A DNA stretch of 33,807 nucleotides from a virus (taxonomy: Duplodnaviria; Heunggongvirae; Uroviricota; Caudoviricetes): positions 1 through 33,807 of the IMG/VR virus record IMGVR_UViG_2695420701_000007; one strand, written 5' to 3'. Under the pieces are notes generated by a model. That model was not told the origin of the DNA and searched no databases. It was given only the letters and a program-made list of their open reading frames with translations. Positions within the stretch are counted from its first letter, which is position 1. Each line of letters opens with the position of its first letter. This document shows positions 26,971 through 33,807 of the stretch, one piece after another. The position numbers and the translations under genes were made by a program.

Positions 26971-27156
26971 CTACGTCTTCTTTGTGCTGAATGAATGCGT
27001 TGTATGCATCCCGTTTTTTTTCTGGCGACGTCTGTCGCGTATTTCCCGCCATGTATCAATAAGTGTCAGTATGCAGATGGCAAAAAACATTGCGGCTGCA
27101 ATCAGTGTGATAACAAATAACGACTCCGGTACACTGAATGAATAACTGAAATTCAT
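26971..27156 (-). CDS. Small single-pass membrane protein
   Basis: 61 aa; hydrophobic helix LFVITLIAAAMFFAICILTLI followed by basic tail RDRRRQKKNG. Confidence 0.4.
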   Translation of the reverse strand: MNFSYSFSVPESLFVITLIAAAMFFAICILTLIDTWREIRDRRRQKKNGMHTTHSFSTKKT

Positions 27157-27161
27157 CGTGA

Positions 27162-27404
27162 TTACTCCGTAATTATTGCGGGTTCGGGAACCATGCCATC
27201 CGTTAATTGTTTCGCCATCCGGTTAAGTTCTTTAAGGTCCTCGCTGGCTCCCGTATCTTTTGAACAAAACAGGGTGTTGCGGACGCTGAATATTCCGCAC
27301 TTCATTACTTCGAAGTGTGTTTTTCTGGCGCGGGGATTAATTTCGTTATCGAAGTAATATCCCTGCAGAAATTCGTTTACCTGTTCTGCTGTGTGTTTTC
27401 TCAT
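27162..27404 (-). CDS. Hypothetical protein
   Basis: 80 aa ORF, 5 nt upstream of the small membrane protein gene. Confidence 0.4.
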   Translation of the reverse strand: MRKHTAEQVNEFLQGYYFDNEINPRARKTHFEVMKCGIFSVRNTLFCSKDTGASEDLKELNRMAKQLTDGMVPEPAIITE

Positions 27405-27445
27405 AACGGAGTCCTCGTTAAAAATAACCGGTGATAAACCCGCTG

Positions 27446-27796
27446 TTATAACTCAGCCTGTTTAATAAAATTTTCTCCGTAAAGAAGGCGATCAACTGTG
27501 CGTAGCGCTTCGTACAACGTGAAATCCTGCCCGAACTGATTGTCGCCGCAGCTCAGAGCAAAAATGCGGTTTCCGGTAAACGGATTGCGCGGGTATTTGT
27601 GGACCACTATTCCAGCTTTCTCAATCATCCAGGTATGCTCGCCAATTTGTTTTACTGTATGGCCATCTGGTGTTGCGTGCGTCTCGTTCAGGTTATAGCG
27701 ACTGTTACTACGTGATGCACTGGTAGCGACGTGGTGTACATGGCGTTCTACGCCATTACGAAATTTGGAGTATGGATTATTAGTGTTTTTTTTCAT
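27446..27796 (-). CDS. Hypothetical protein
   Basis: 116 aa ORF in the early operon. Confidence 0.4.
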   Translation of the reverse strand: MKKNTNNPYSKFRNGVERHVHHVATSASRSNSRYNLNETHATPDGHTVKQIGEHTWMIEKAGIVVHKYPRNPFTGNRIFALSCGDNQFGQDFTLYEALRTVDRLLYGENFIKQAEL

Positions 27797-27817
27797 GATG
27801 ATGCTCTGTTCATTGTT

Positions 27818-28021
27818 TTAGCTGTTAGCCAAAGCGTCTTTTAACATCGCCACAAGGTTTACTTCAGGCTTTTCCATTTTGGCGCGTTTGGGGCGGATAA
27901 TAATTCGACCGTCAGCCAACATCTTTTTGCATGTATTAAGAGGGATACCTGTTATCTCTGCATATTTCTGCAGGGATACATAGGGGGCATTCACATTGAT
28001 ATTGATGGTTATACCTGACAT
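27818..28021 (-). CDS. Cox-like HTH regulator / excisionase-type protein
   Basis: 67 aa; APYVSLQKYAEITGIPLNTCKKMLADGRIIIRP follows the pattern of P2 Cox N-terminus (IPYQEFAKLIGKSTGAVRRMIDKGKLPVI). Confidence 0.5.
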   Translation of the reverse strand: MSGITININVNAPYVSLQKYAEITGIPLNTCKKMLADGRIIIRPKRAKMEKPEVNLVAMLKDALANS

Positions 28022-28037
28022 CCCACTAACCTCCTGA

Positions 28038-28244
28038 TCAGGAAGATTTGTTTTGTTCTTTCTGGGTTAGCTCTAGGCCGCGAAGGAAGATCATGCGCGC
28101 CATGTTAGAGGATGAGCGTTGTTCTTTAGCTGCCATCTCATCAATAAAGGCGCGCTCCTCCGCTGACAGTCGAAGTGCCAGTCTTTGACCTGTGGCGGTG
28201 TTACGCGGAATGCGTGACTTGGTGTCGTGACTAACTTGATTCAT
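28038..28244 (-). CDS. Ribbon-helix-helix-like small regulator; first gene of the early operon (Cro/Apl position)
   Basis: 68 aa; RLALRLSAEERAFIDEMA...SSNMARMIF resembles an RHH (Arc/CopG-type) fold; divergent from the repressor gene. Confidence 0.45.
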   Translation of the reverse strand: MNQVSHDTKSRIPRNTATGQRLALRLSAEERAFIDEMAAKEQRSSSNMARMIFLRGLELTQKEQNKSS

Positions 28245-28303
28245 AGTGGTACATTGTGATCATCTAATGGTTCGTGAAATTACTTTAGGGAACAAAACTT
28301 CCT
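28245..28303. promoter_or_regulatory. Divergent promoter/operator region of the lysis-lysogeny switch
   Basis: 59-bp gap between divergent repressor (plus) and early-operon (minus) starts; contains the TGATCA palindrome (with a GATC Dam site) in ACATTGTGATCATCTAATGG. Confidence 0.5.
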
Positions 28304-28717
28304 ATGTCAACAGAAAAAGAGGAACTAAGCGTCATTATTGGCCGTCGATTACGGGAGGAGCGAGAGAAAATTGGCATGACCCAAGATGATATGGCGTCGA
28401 TTTTTGAAGTTTCTACAAAGACTTGGGGGAAGTATGAAAGAGGGGTGACTACACCGGATGCAGTTATGTTGAATCTCTTGGGAGGGCGCTGCGGAGTAGA
28501 TGTCTATTACATACTTTCTGGTAGTCGTGCACATGGCATCCCTAATGCTACTGAAGATGAGATTGAGCTAATTAAAATATATCGTTCTGCACCTTTGGCT
28601 GTTAAGGCGGCAGCTTTGGCAGCCTTGACTGCTGGTAGTTTGTCTCTAGGTACAATAAGAGCTTCTGGCAAAGGCCATCGTATTGCAGGTCGTGACTATA
28701 ACGAAACGAAGGGTTAG
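28304..28717 (+). CDS. Immunity repressor, XRE-family HTH (CI/C-like)
   Basis: 137 aa; N-terminal HTH (GMTQDDMASIFEVSTKTWGKYERG); divergent from the early operon and co-oriented with integrase. Confidence 0.7.
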   Translation: MSTEKEELSVIIGRRLREEREKIGMTQDDMASIFEVSTKTWGKYERGVTTPDAVMLNLLGGRCGVDVYYILSGSRAHGIPNATEDEIELIKIYRSAPLAVKAAALAALTAGSLSLGTIRASGKGHRIAGRDYNETKG

Positions 28718-28735
28718 TGATAGTAGGGAGGTGAC

Positions 28736-29383
28736 ATGGCTGTCAACTCAAACGGTTCAGACAATCGCGTTTCTGGGCGTGATTACCACGAAAAGAACAT
28801 TCGGATAGAGCGGTATGATGGTCGTCATACAGTCAACATTGCAATCCCTTCCTGTGGGGCTGATGAGCGCCCATTAGTCAAGGCTCAGCGCCATCAACTG
28901 AAGTTGTTGGTTGATAAGATTGTTGATGTCAGCAAGGAAGAATCGTTTGTTGTCTGGCGTAAACTTCATGCTGAAATCGGTGTTGATAGCATCGATAAGA
29001 TGACGGTGAATCAGTATCCAACCGCAATTAGCTTCCTCAATGCGATGCTTGACCGACATAAAGAGCGCGACGCCTGCAAATCACTTGTAAGTCTCCTTCT
29101 TCGCAATAGTGAGAATAATGAAGCTAGACAAAAACTTCTTCGATATTGTCATATCAATTTTGGAACAGGGCGCTTAAATGATCTTACTCGCTCTCAGCTT
29201 CAGATGGCTCTTTCATGGTTAGATCAGCAAACAACAGACTGTGAAAATAATTTGCCCTCAGATAATTCTAAATTTGTCGATAAACAATCGCGATTAGTGT
29301 TTCAGCAAATAATTAAAACATATCCAAAAGAAATGGGGGTATGTTTTGTTATTGGTGTTTTATTAGGCATGATTCTTTTCTGA
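28736..29383 (+). CDS. Hypothetical C-terminally membrane-anchored protein (cargo between repressor and integrase)
   Basis: 215 aa; single C-terminal hydrophobic helix GVCFVIGVLLGMILF; AT-rich relative to the phage core; co-transcribed orientation with repressor. Confidence 0.5.
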   Translation: MAVNSNGSDNRVSGRDYHEKNIRIERYDGRHTVNIAIPSCGADERPLVKAQRHQLKLLVDKIVDVSKEESFVVWRKLHAEIGVDSIDKMTVNQYPTAISFLNAMLDRHKERDACKSLVSLLLRNSENNEARQKLLRYCHINFGTGRLNDLTRSQLQMALSWLDQQTTDCENNLPSDNSKFVDKQSRLVFQQIIKTYPKEMGVCFVIGVLLGMILF

Positions 29384-29588
29384 TAGATCGTTGTTGGAGA
29401 AATCAATTATGGCAAAAGCTTGCTTTAACGACTTTGAAAGAAATAAAAAAGATAAATTAAGCGAGCTGACAAAGGTGAGATAAGGGGGAGTGCAACTAGT
29501 AATGTAAAAAATGGTGTGAGTTACTTGTCATAGTCTTAAAGTGAAGTAATTCCTTGTTCACTAGGAAGTTCAAAGAGGTAAATGAATT

Positions 29589-29846
29589 ATGGTAACTAAT
29601 CCGCAAATTCCATTGACTGGCTTATATGTATCCAAAGTTAATCCATCTAATCGTATAGTTGTTACTGATGTTCATATTGTTTAGGATGATGACGATGAGC
29701 CAGGAGAGCTTCCTTTCTATTTGGTTACTTTTGTAAATGAGGGGGATGAGGATGATATGTTGGCTCCTTCTTGGGAGCTAGATCCTGAGGAATGGGAGCA
29801 GTTAGTTGATGAAGAGCGCTTTATGCGCGTGGAGCAACCATCTTAA
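29589..29846 (+). pseudogene. Small acidic ORF interrupted by an in-frame TAG (amber) codon
   Basis: Good SD (AGAGG) then MVTNPQIPLTGLYVSKVNPSNRIVVTDVHIV - TAG at 29682-29684 - continuing in the same frame DDDDEPGELPFYLVTFVNEGDEDDMLAPSWELDPEEWEQLVDEERFMRVEQPS to TAA at 29844-29846. Confidence 0.4.
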
Positions 29847-29872
29847 TTTATCCTTGGTGTGCACTTTTTAAG

Positions 29873-30874
29873 ATGTCTGTTCGTAAATTACCTACTGGCA
29901 AATGGCTCTGTGAATGCTACCCCTACGGAGCAGCAGGAAAACGCATTCGTAAACAGTTTGTTACTAAGGGTGAGGCGCTCTCTTATGAGCGCCGTTTAAT
30001 GAACAGTAATTTGGGGAGCGAGTTTCAGGATGGTTCTGGCCCCCGCCTTTCCGAGTTGGTTGCTCGCTGGTTTGAGATGTACGGTAAGACACTGTCTTCC
30101 GGTGAAGAGCGAAGGGCTAAACTTGAGGCGATTTGCTCCCGGTTGGGGGATCCGCTTGCTTCTCAATTTGATAAAAACATGTTTGCCACCTACAGGGAAC
30201 GGCGATTATCAGGTGAATGGAATCCAAAGGGGAAGAGGAAGCTTAGCGAAGCAACCGTTAATCGTGAGCAGTCATATCTACATGCTGTTTTTGCCGAACT
30301 GAAGCGCCTTGGGGAGTGGTCTGGTGAAAACCCCTTAACTGGCATTCGCAAATTTCGTGAGGAAGAAAAGGAACTGGCGTTTCTGTATGTAGATGAGATT
30401 GAACGCCTTCTGATTGCGTGTGATGAGTCACGGAATAAAGATTTGGGGGTTGTTGTCCGTATTGGGCTTGCGACTGGTGCTCGGTGGAGTGAAGCAGAAG
30501 GATTAAAGCAATCTCAAGTACTGCCCGGTCGAATCACATTTGTTAAAACTAAAGGAAAGAAGAACCGCACTGTACCGATTTCACCTCAATTGCAGGCTAT
30601 GCTTCCTAAAAAACGAGGAGCGCTATTTTCACCATGTTATGAGGCTTTTGACGCTGCAATTAAGAGAGCGAAGATCGAGCTTCCTGATGGGCAATTAACT
30701 CATGTGCTACGTCACACGTTTGCCAGTCATTTTATGATGCGGGGCGGAAATATTCTTGTGTTGCAAAAAATACTGGGGCATAGCGATATAAAAATGACTA
30801 TGCGTTATGCGCATTTTGCTCCAGGTCATTTAGAGGCTGCTGTTGAATTGAACCCTTTTGACAATAGAGGGTAA
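29873..30874 (+). CDS. int: Tyrosine integrase (phage integrase family)
   Basis: 333 aa; C-terminal catalytic region HVLRHTFASHFMMRGGNILVLQKILGHSDIKMTMRYAHF (HxxR ... Y); adjacent to the tRNA-derived att core. Confidence 0.85.
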   Translation: MSVRKLPTGKWLCECYPYGAAGKRIRKQFVTKGEALSYERRLMNSNLGSEFQDGSGPRLSELVARWFEMYGKTLSSGEERRAKLEAICSRLGDPLASQFDKNMFATYRERRLSGEWNPKGKRKLSEATVNREQSYLHAVFAELKRLGEWSGENPLTGIRKFREEEKELAFLYVDEIERLLIACDESRNKDLGVVVRIGLATGARWSEAEGLKQSQVLPGRITFVKTKGKKNRTVPISPQLQAMLPKKRGALFSPCYEAFDAAIKRAKIELPDGQLTHVLRHTFASHFMMRGGNILVLQKILGHSDIKMTMRYAHFAPGHLEAAVELNPFDNRG

Positions 30875-30981
30875 AAAGTGGCGATAAAAAGTGACAATAG
30901 ATTCAAATGGCGTTGTATAGAGCTATTTTCAAAGTTAATAAAATCATAAGGTTATGATTTATAAATGGTGGTTGATAGTTT

Positions 30982-31035
30982 TTAAAATCCCTCGGCGTTC
31001 GCGCTGTGCGGGTTCAAGTCCCGCTCCGGGTACCA
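30982..31035 (+). tRNA. leuZ: 3' fragment of tRNA-Leu (leuZ-type): phage att core / prophage-host junction
   Basis: TTTAAAATCCCTCGGCGTTCGCGCTGTGCGGGTTCAAGTCCCGCTCCGGGTACCA matches the anticodon-loop-to-CCA part of E. coli tRNA-Leu(UAA) from memory; the sequence upstream does not complete the 5' acceptor stem or D arm, so this is a partial copy. Confidence 0.7.
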
Positions 31036-31080
31036 TGGGAAAGATAAGAATAAAATCAAAGTAATAAGCAGTGTCGTGAA

Positions 31081-31103
31081 ACCACCTTCGGGTGGTTTTT
31101 TTG
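31081..31103 (+). terminator. Rho-independent terminator downstream of the tRNA
   Basis: ACCACCTTCGGGTGGTTTTTTTG: 6-bp GC-rich stem, TTCG tetraloop, T7 run. Confidence 0.75.
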
Positions 31104-31230
31104 TGCCTGCAACTTGTCGTTACACCCTCCTTAATTTTTAATCACCGGCAAAGCCACTCAAAAAGTATCTCTGATACGGACCGGCATGTAAGATAGGTGC
31201 TGGCGAGTTGAGATCCACAAGGAAAAGCGT

Positions 31231-31896
31231 ATGAAAACGGGACCGTTAAACGAAAGTGAGTTGGAATGGCTGGACGATATTCTGACCAAATACAACACTA
31301 ACCACGCCATCCTTGATGTGGCGGAGCTGGACGGTTTATTGACGGCGGTGTTGAGTTCTCCGCAAGAGATTGAACCGGAACAGTGGCTGGTTGCCGTGTG
31401 GGGTGGGGCTGACTATGTGCCGCGCTGGGCGTCAGAGAAAGAGATGACGCGCTTTATGAACCTGGCTTTTCAACATATGGCCGATACCGCAGAGCGTCTG
31501 AACGAATTCCCGGAGCAGTTTGAGCCGTTATTCGGCTTGCGAGAAGTTGATGGCAGCGAGCTGACGATTGTTGAGGAGTGGTGCTTTGGCTATATGCGGG
31601 GCGTGGCACTTTCTGACTGGTCAACGTTGCCCGATTCGTTAAAACCAGCGCTGGAGGCGATTGCGCTGCACGGTACTGAGGAAAACTTCGAGCGGGTAGA
31701 AAAGATGTCGCCAGAAGCGTTTGAAGAGAGCGTAGATGCCATTCGACTGGCGGCGCTTGATCTACATGCGTACTGGATGGCGCATCCGCAGGAAAAAGCT
31801 GTTCAGCAACCGATCAAAGCAGAAGAGAAACCGGGGCGTAACGATCCTTGCCCGTGCGGTAGTGGTAAGAAATTTAAGCAGTGCTGCCTGCATTAA
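31231..31896 (+). CDS. yecA: YecA-like SEC-C motif protein (UPF0149)
   Basis: 221 aa ending in the SEC-C zinc motif [15 protein letters not shown]; host gene following the leuZ locus. Confidence 0.8.
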   Translation: MKTGPLNESELEWLDDILTKYNTNHAILDVAELDGLLTAVLSSPQEIEPEQWLVAVWGGADYVPRWASEKEMTRFMNLAFQHMADTAERLNEFPEQFEPLFGLREVDGSELTIVEEWCFGYMRGVALSDWSTLPDSLKPALEAIALHGTEENFERVEKMSPEAFEESVDAIRLAALDLHAYWMAHPQEKAVQQPIKAEEKPGRNDPCPCGSGKKFKQCCLH

Positions 31897-31957
31897 GAGG
31901 CCAAATTGGGTGTCAGCGTTAATTCTGGCACCCAATAAGGAATTTGAGGCTATCTGA

Positions 31958-33169
31958 TCACCCCACTTCTGGTAACAACCCTGCCGCAATCAAAAATTGC
32001 ACGCCAATCACAGCAATACCACAGAGAAACACCACCACCAGCGCCGGACGACCACCTTTGACCCGGTAACCCGCCTGAGGATTGTGCTTTCTGCTTTGCC
32101 AGGTCAACAGCGAAGGGATAATCAATGCCAGTACCGCCAGCGCCACACCGGCGTAACCCAGCGCCATCACAAATCCTCGTGGATAAAACAGTGCAAACGC
32201 CAACGGCGGCAGAAAGGTAATTGCACCAGTTTGCAACCGTCCACCAACGGTATTTGAACGCTGAAATAAATCAGCCAGATAATCAAATAAGCCTAACGCA
32301 ACGCCGAGAAATGACGTGGCGAGGGCTAAATCAGCAAATAAATGCACTGCCAGCTCAACATGCGGAGAGGCCACCATTTCGCGTAACGCCTGTAACAGCC
32401 CGTTTAATCCAGCATGATTAGCCAGCAATCCCATAAAGGTTGTTGAATCAATGCTGCCAAGCGTTGCCACCTGCCAGAAAATATATGCCACCAGGGGGAT
32501 CGCACTACCGGTTATAAACACCCAGCGTAGCTTACGAACGTTGCCATCCATATAGCTGACAATACTCGGCACGCTACCGTGAAAACCAAATGAGGTAAAA
32601 ATCACCGGGATTGCTGACAGAGCCAGCCCCTGTTGCAACGGCAGGGTTAAAAGATTCACTTTGTGAATATGCGGTAGCAGCAATACCAGCATCACCACCA
32701 GAAAAATAATTTTGGCGCTGAACAGAAAACGGTTAAATAAATCGACCAGCGATGTTCCAACACAAACCACGCCACCGGCAACAAAAGTGAACAACAGCAC
32801 GCCAGCGGTTGCCGACATTGAAATACCTGTCCAGTCGCTGATGCTGGAGGCCAACAATTCACCGACACCGCTGATGTATGCCGCAGTCAGAGCATACATT
32901 AAGAACATCATACTGAAGCCCGTCAGCCATTGACCGTAGCGTCCCAGATAGCGTTTTGCCAGCGTGCCCAGACCGGTATCTGCCGGAACATGCTGGTACA
33001 CCTCCAGCAGTAATAGCGCCGTGTAGCACATCAACGCCCAAAGCCCAATCAACAAGATTAACGTAACGCTAAAACCAACACCGGCCGCAGCCAGCGGCAT
33101 TGCCAGCATGCCTGCGCCAATTGTGGTTCCCGCCACGATAAAAACACTTCCCAGGGTTCTGTTTTTCAC
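31958..33169 (-). CDS. tyrP: Tyrosine-specific transport protein (aromatic amino acid permease family)
   Basis: 403 aa polytopic membrane protein; size, hydrophobicity profile and synteny with yecA/yecH match E. coli tyrP. Confidence 0.8.
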   Translation of the reverse strand: MKNRTLGSVFIVAGTTIGAGMLAMPLAAAGVGFSVTLILLIGLWALMCYTALLLLEVYQHVPADTGLGTLAKRYLGRYGQWLTGFSMMFLMYALTAAYISGVGELLASSISDWTGISMSATAGVLLFTFVAGGVVCVGTSLVDLFNRFLFSAKIIFLVVMLVLLLPHIHKVNLLTLPLQQGLALSAIPVIFTSFGFHGSVPSIVSYMDGNVRKLRWVFITGSAIPLVAYIFWQVATLGSIDSTTFMGLLANHAGLNGLLQALREMVASPHVELAVHLFADLALATSFLGVALGLFDYLADLFQRSNTVGGRLQTGAITFLPPLAFALFYPRGFVMALGYAGVALAVLALIIPSLLTWQSRKHNPQAGYRVKGGRPALVVVFLCGIAVIGVQFLIAAGLLPEVG

Positions 33170-33359
33170 GCTTTCTTCTGTCCTGACGATCTTTATGAGT
33201 GATATCTGCGGCGCAGGTTAAGGCATAACGGCTGCTTCGTCAAACCGACGTTACATATAGTGTAAATATAAATGTACAATAAAAAGCATTCAGTCCTGCG
33301 CTGGCGCAAAGTCTTCATAAGCGGCAATCGCTACGCTAGGCTTTTTTTGAGGAGGAACG

Positions 33360-33599
33360 ATGGACTCTATTCACGGTCATGAAGTGTTAAATATGATGAT
33401 TGAATCAGGCGAGCAATATACGCATGCCAGTCTGGAAGCTGCGATTAAAGCGCGTTTTGGTGAACAGGCACGTTTTCACACCTGCTCGGCAGAAGGGATG
33501 ACAGCGGGAGAGCTGGTAGCGTTTCTGGCAGCAAAAGGCAAATTTATACCTTCGAAAGACGGTTTTTCGACCGATCAGAGTAAGATTTGCCGTCACTGA
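33360..33599 (+). CDS. yecH: YecH-like small metal-binding protein (DUF2492)
   Basis: 79 aa with CSAEGM ... KICRH; synteny between tyrP and ftnA. Confidence 0.7.
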   Translation: MDSIHGHEVLNMMIESGEQYTHASLEAAIKARFGEQARFHTCSAEGMTAGELVAFLAAKGKFIPSKDGFSTDQSKICRH

Positions 33600-33635
33600 T
33601 TTGAAACGGCGGCAGTAAACCTGCCGCCGGAGAGC

Positions 33636-33711
33636 ATTAGTTTTGTGTGTCGAGGGTAGAGAGTTCTTTGTCGATAAAATACAGACCTTCGCCGCTTTTG
33701 CCTGCCAGGCT
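33636..33711 (-). pseudogene. ftnA: 3' fragment of ferritin gene ftnA, truncated by IS10 insertion
   Basis: Minus-strand translation SLAGKSGEGLYFIDKELSTLDTQN-stop matches the C-terminus of E. coli FtnA; upstream codons are replaced by IS10 end sequence. Confidence 0.7.
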
Positions 33712-33807
33712 CTGATGAATCCCCTAATGATTTTGGTAAAAATCATTAAGTTAAGGTGGATACACATCTTGTCATATGATCAAATGGTTTCGCGAAAAAT
33801 CAATAAT
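33712..33807 (+). mobile_element. IS10 (Tn10-type) outside end, partial; extends beyond the window
   Basis: CTGATGAATCCCCTAATGATTTTGGTAAAAATCATTAAGTTAAGGTGGATACACATCTTGTCATATGATCAAATGGTTTCGCGAAAAATCAATAAT matches the IS10 outside terminus as I recall it (terminal inverted repeat, pIN promoter region with its GATC site). Confidence 0.75.

Noticed and set aside
30940-31035. A complete tRNA-Leu gene
   Set aside because: Only the 3' portion matches; the upstream sequence shows faint similarity (ATGGTGG) but cannot form the acceptor stem or D arm.
33405-33767. 120-aa minus-strand ORF
   Set aside because: Runs across yecH (opposite strand), the ftnA fragment and the IS10 end in a frame inconsistent with the FtnA C-terminus.
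1-33807. CRISPR arrays, rRNA genes, integrons
   Set aside because: No regularly spaced direct repeats or rRNA-like conserved blocks seen; the only tRNA-like sequence is the att fragment.

Overview
The window is almost entirely a P2-like (Peduovirus-type) temperate prophage integrated at the 3' end of a tRNA-Leu (leuZ-type) gene in an Escherichia-like chromosome, followed by host genes yecA, tyrP, yecH and a 3' fragment of ftnA interrupted by an IS10 outside end. All calls come from reading the supplied ORF translations and the raw sequence; no database search was run, and coordinates are good to about 1-3 nt. Prophage layout, left to right: tail fiber H (partial, runs off the window), baseplate I/J/W, tape measure, a tail chaperone with a -1 frameshift extension, a lysis cassette (Rz with embedded Rz1, lysozyme, holin), tail tube and sheath, S and R tail completion proteins, head genes L/M/N/O on the minus strand with terminase P and portal Q divergent on the plus strand, Ogr-like late activator, a candidate cos site, an AT-rich two-gene cargo, replication gene A, a long minus-strand early operon, the cI/cox-type switch, two cargo ORFs, integrase, and the att junction. 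The strongest candidate for an undescribed system is the AT-rich pair at 17439-19092: an XRE-HTH protein fused to an ImmA/IrrE-type HExxH metallopeptidase, translationally coupled to a PIN-like putative nuclease. It sits next to the candidate cos site, where P2-type phages are known to carry anti-phage cargo. A second candidate is an AT-rich cargo between repressor and integrase (a tail-anchored 215-aa protein plus a small ORF interrupted by an in-frame amber codon). A third is an early-operon block of Dam methylase, a nucleoside-deoxyribosyltransferase-like protein and an ASCH-like protein.
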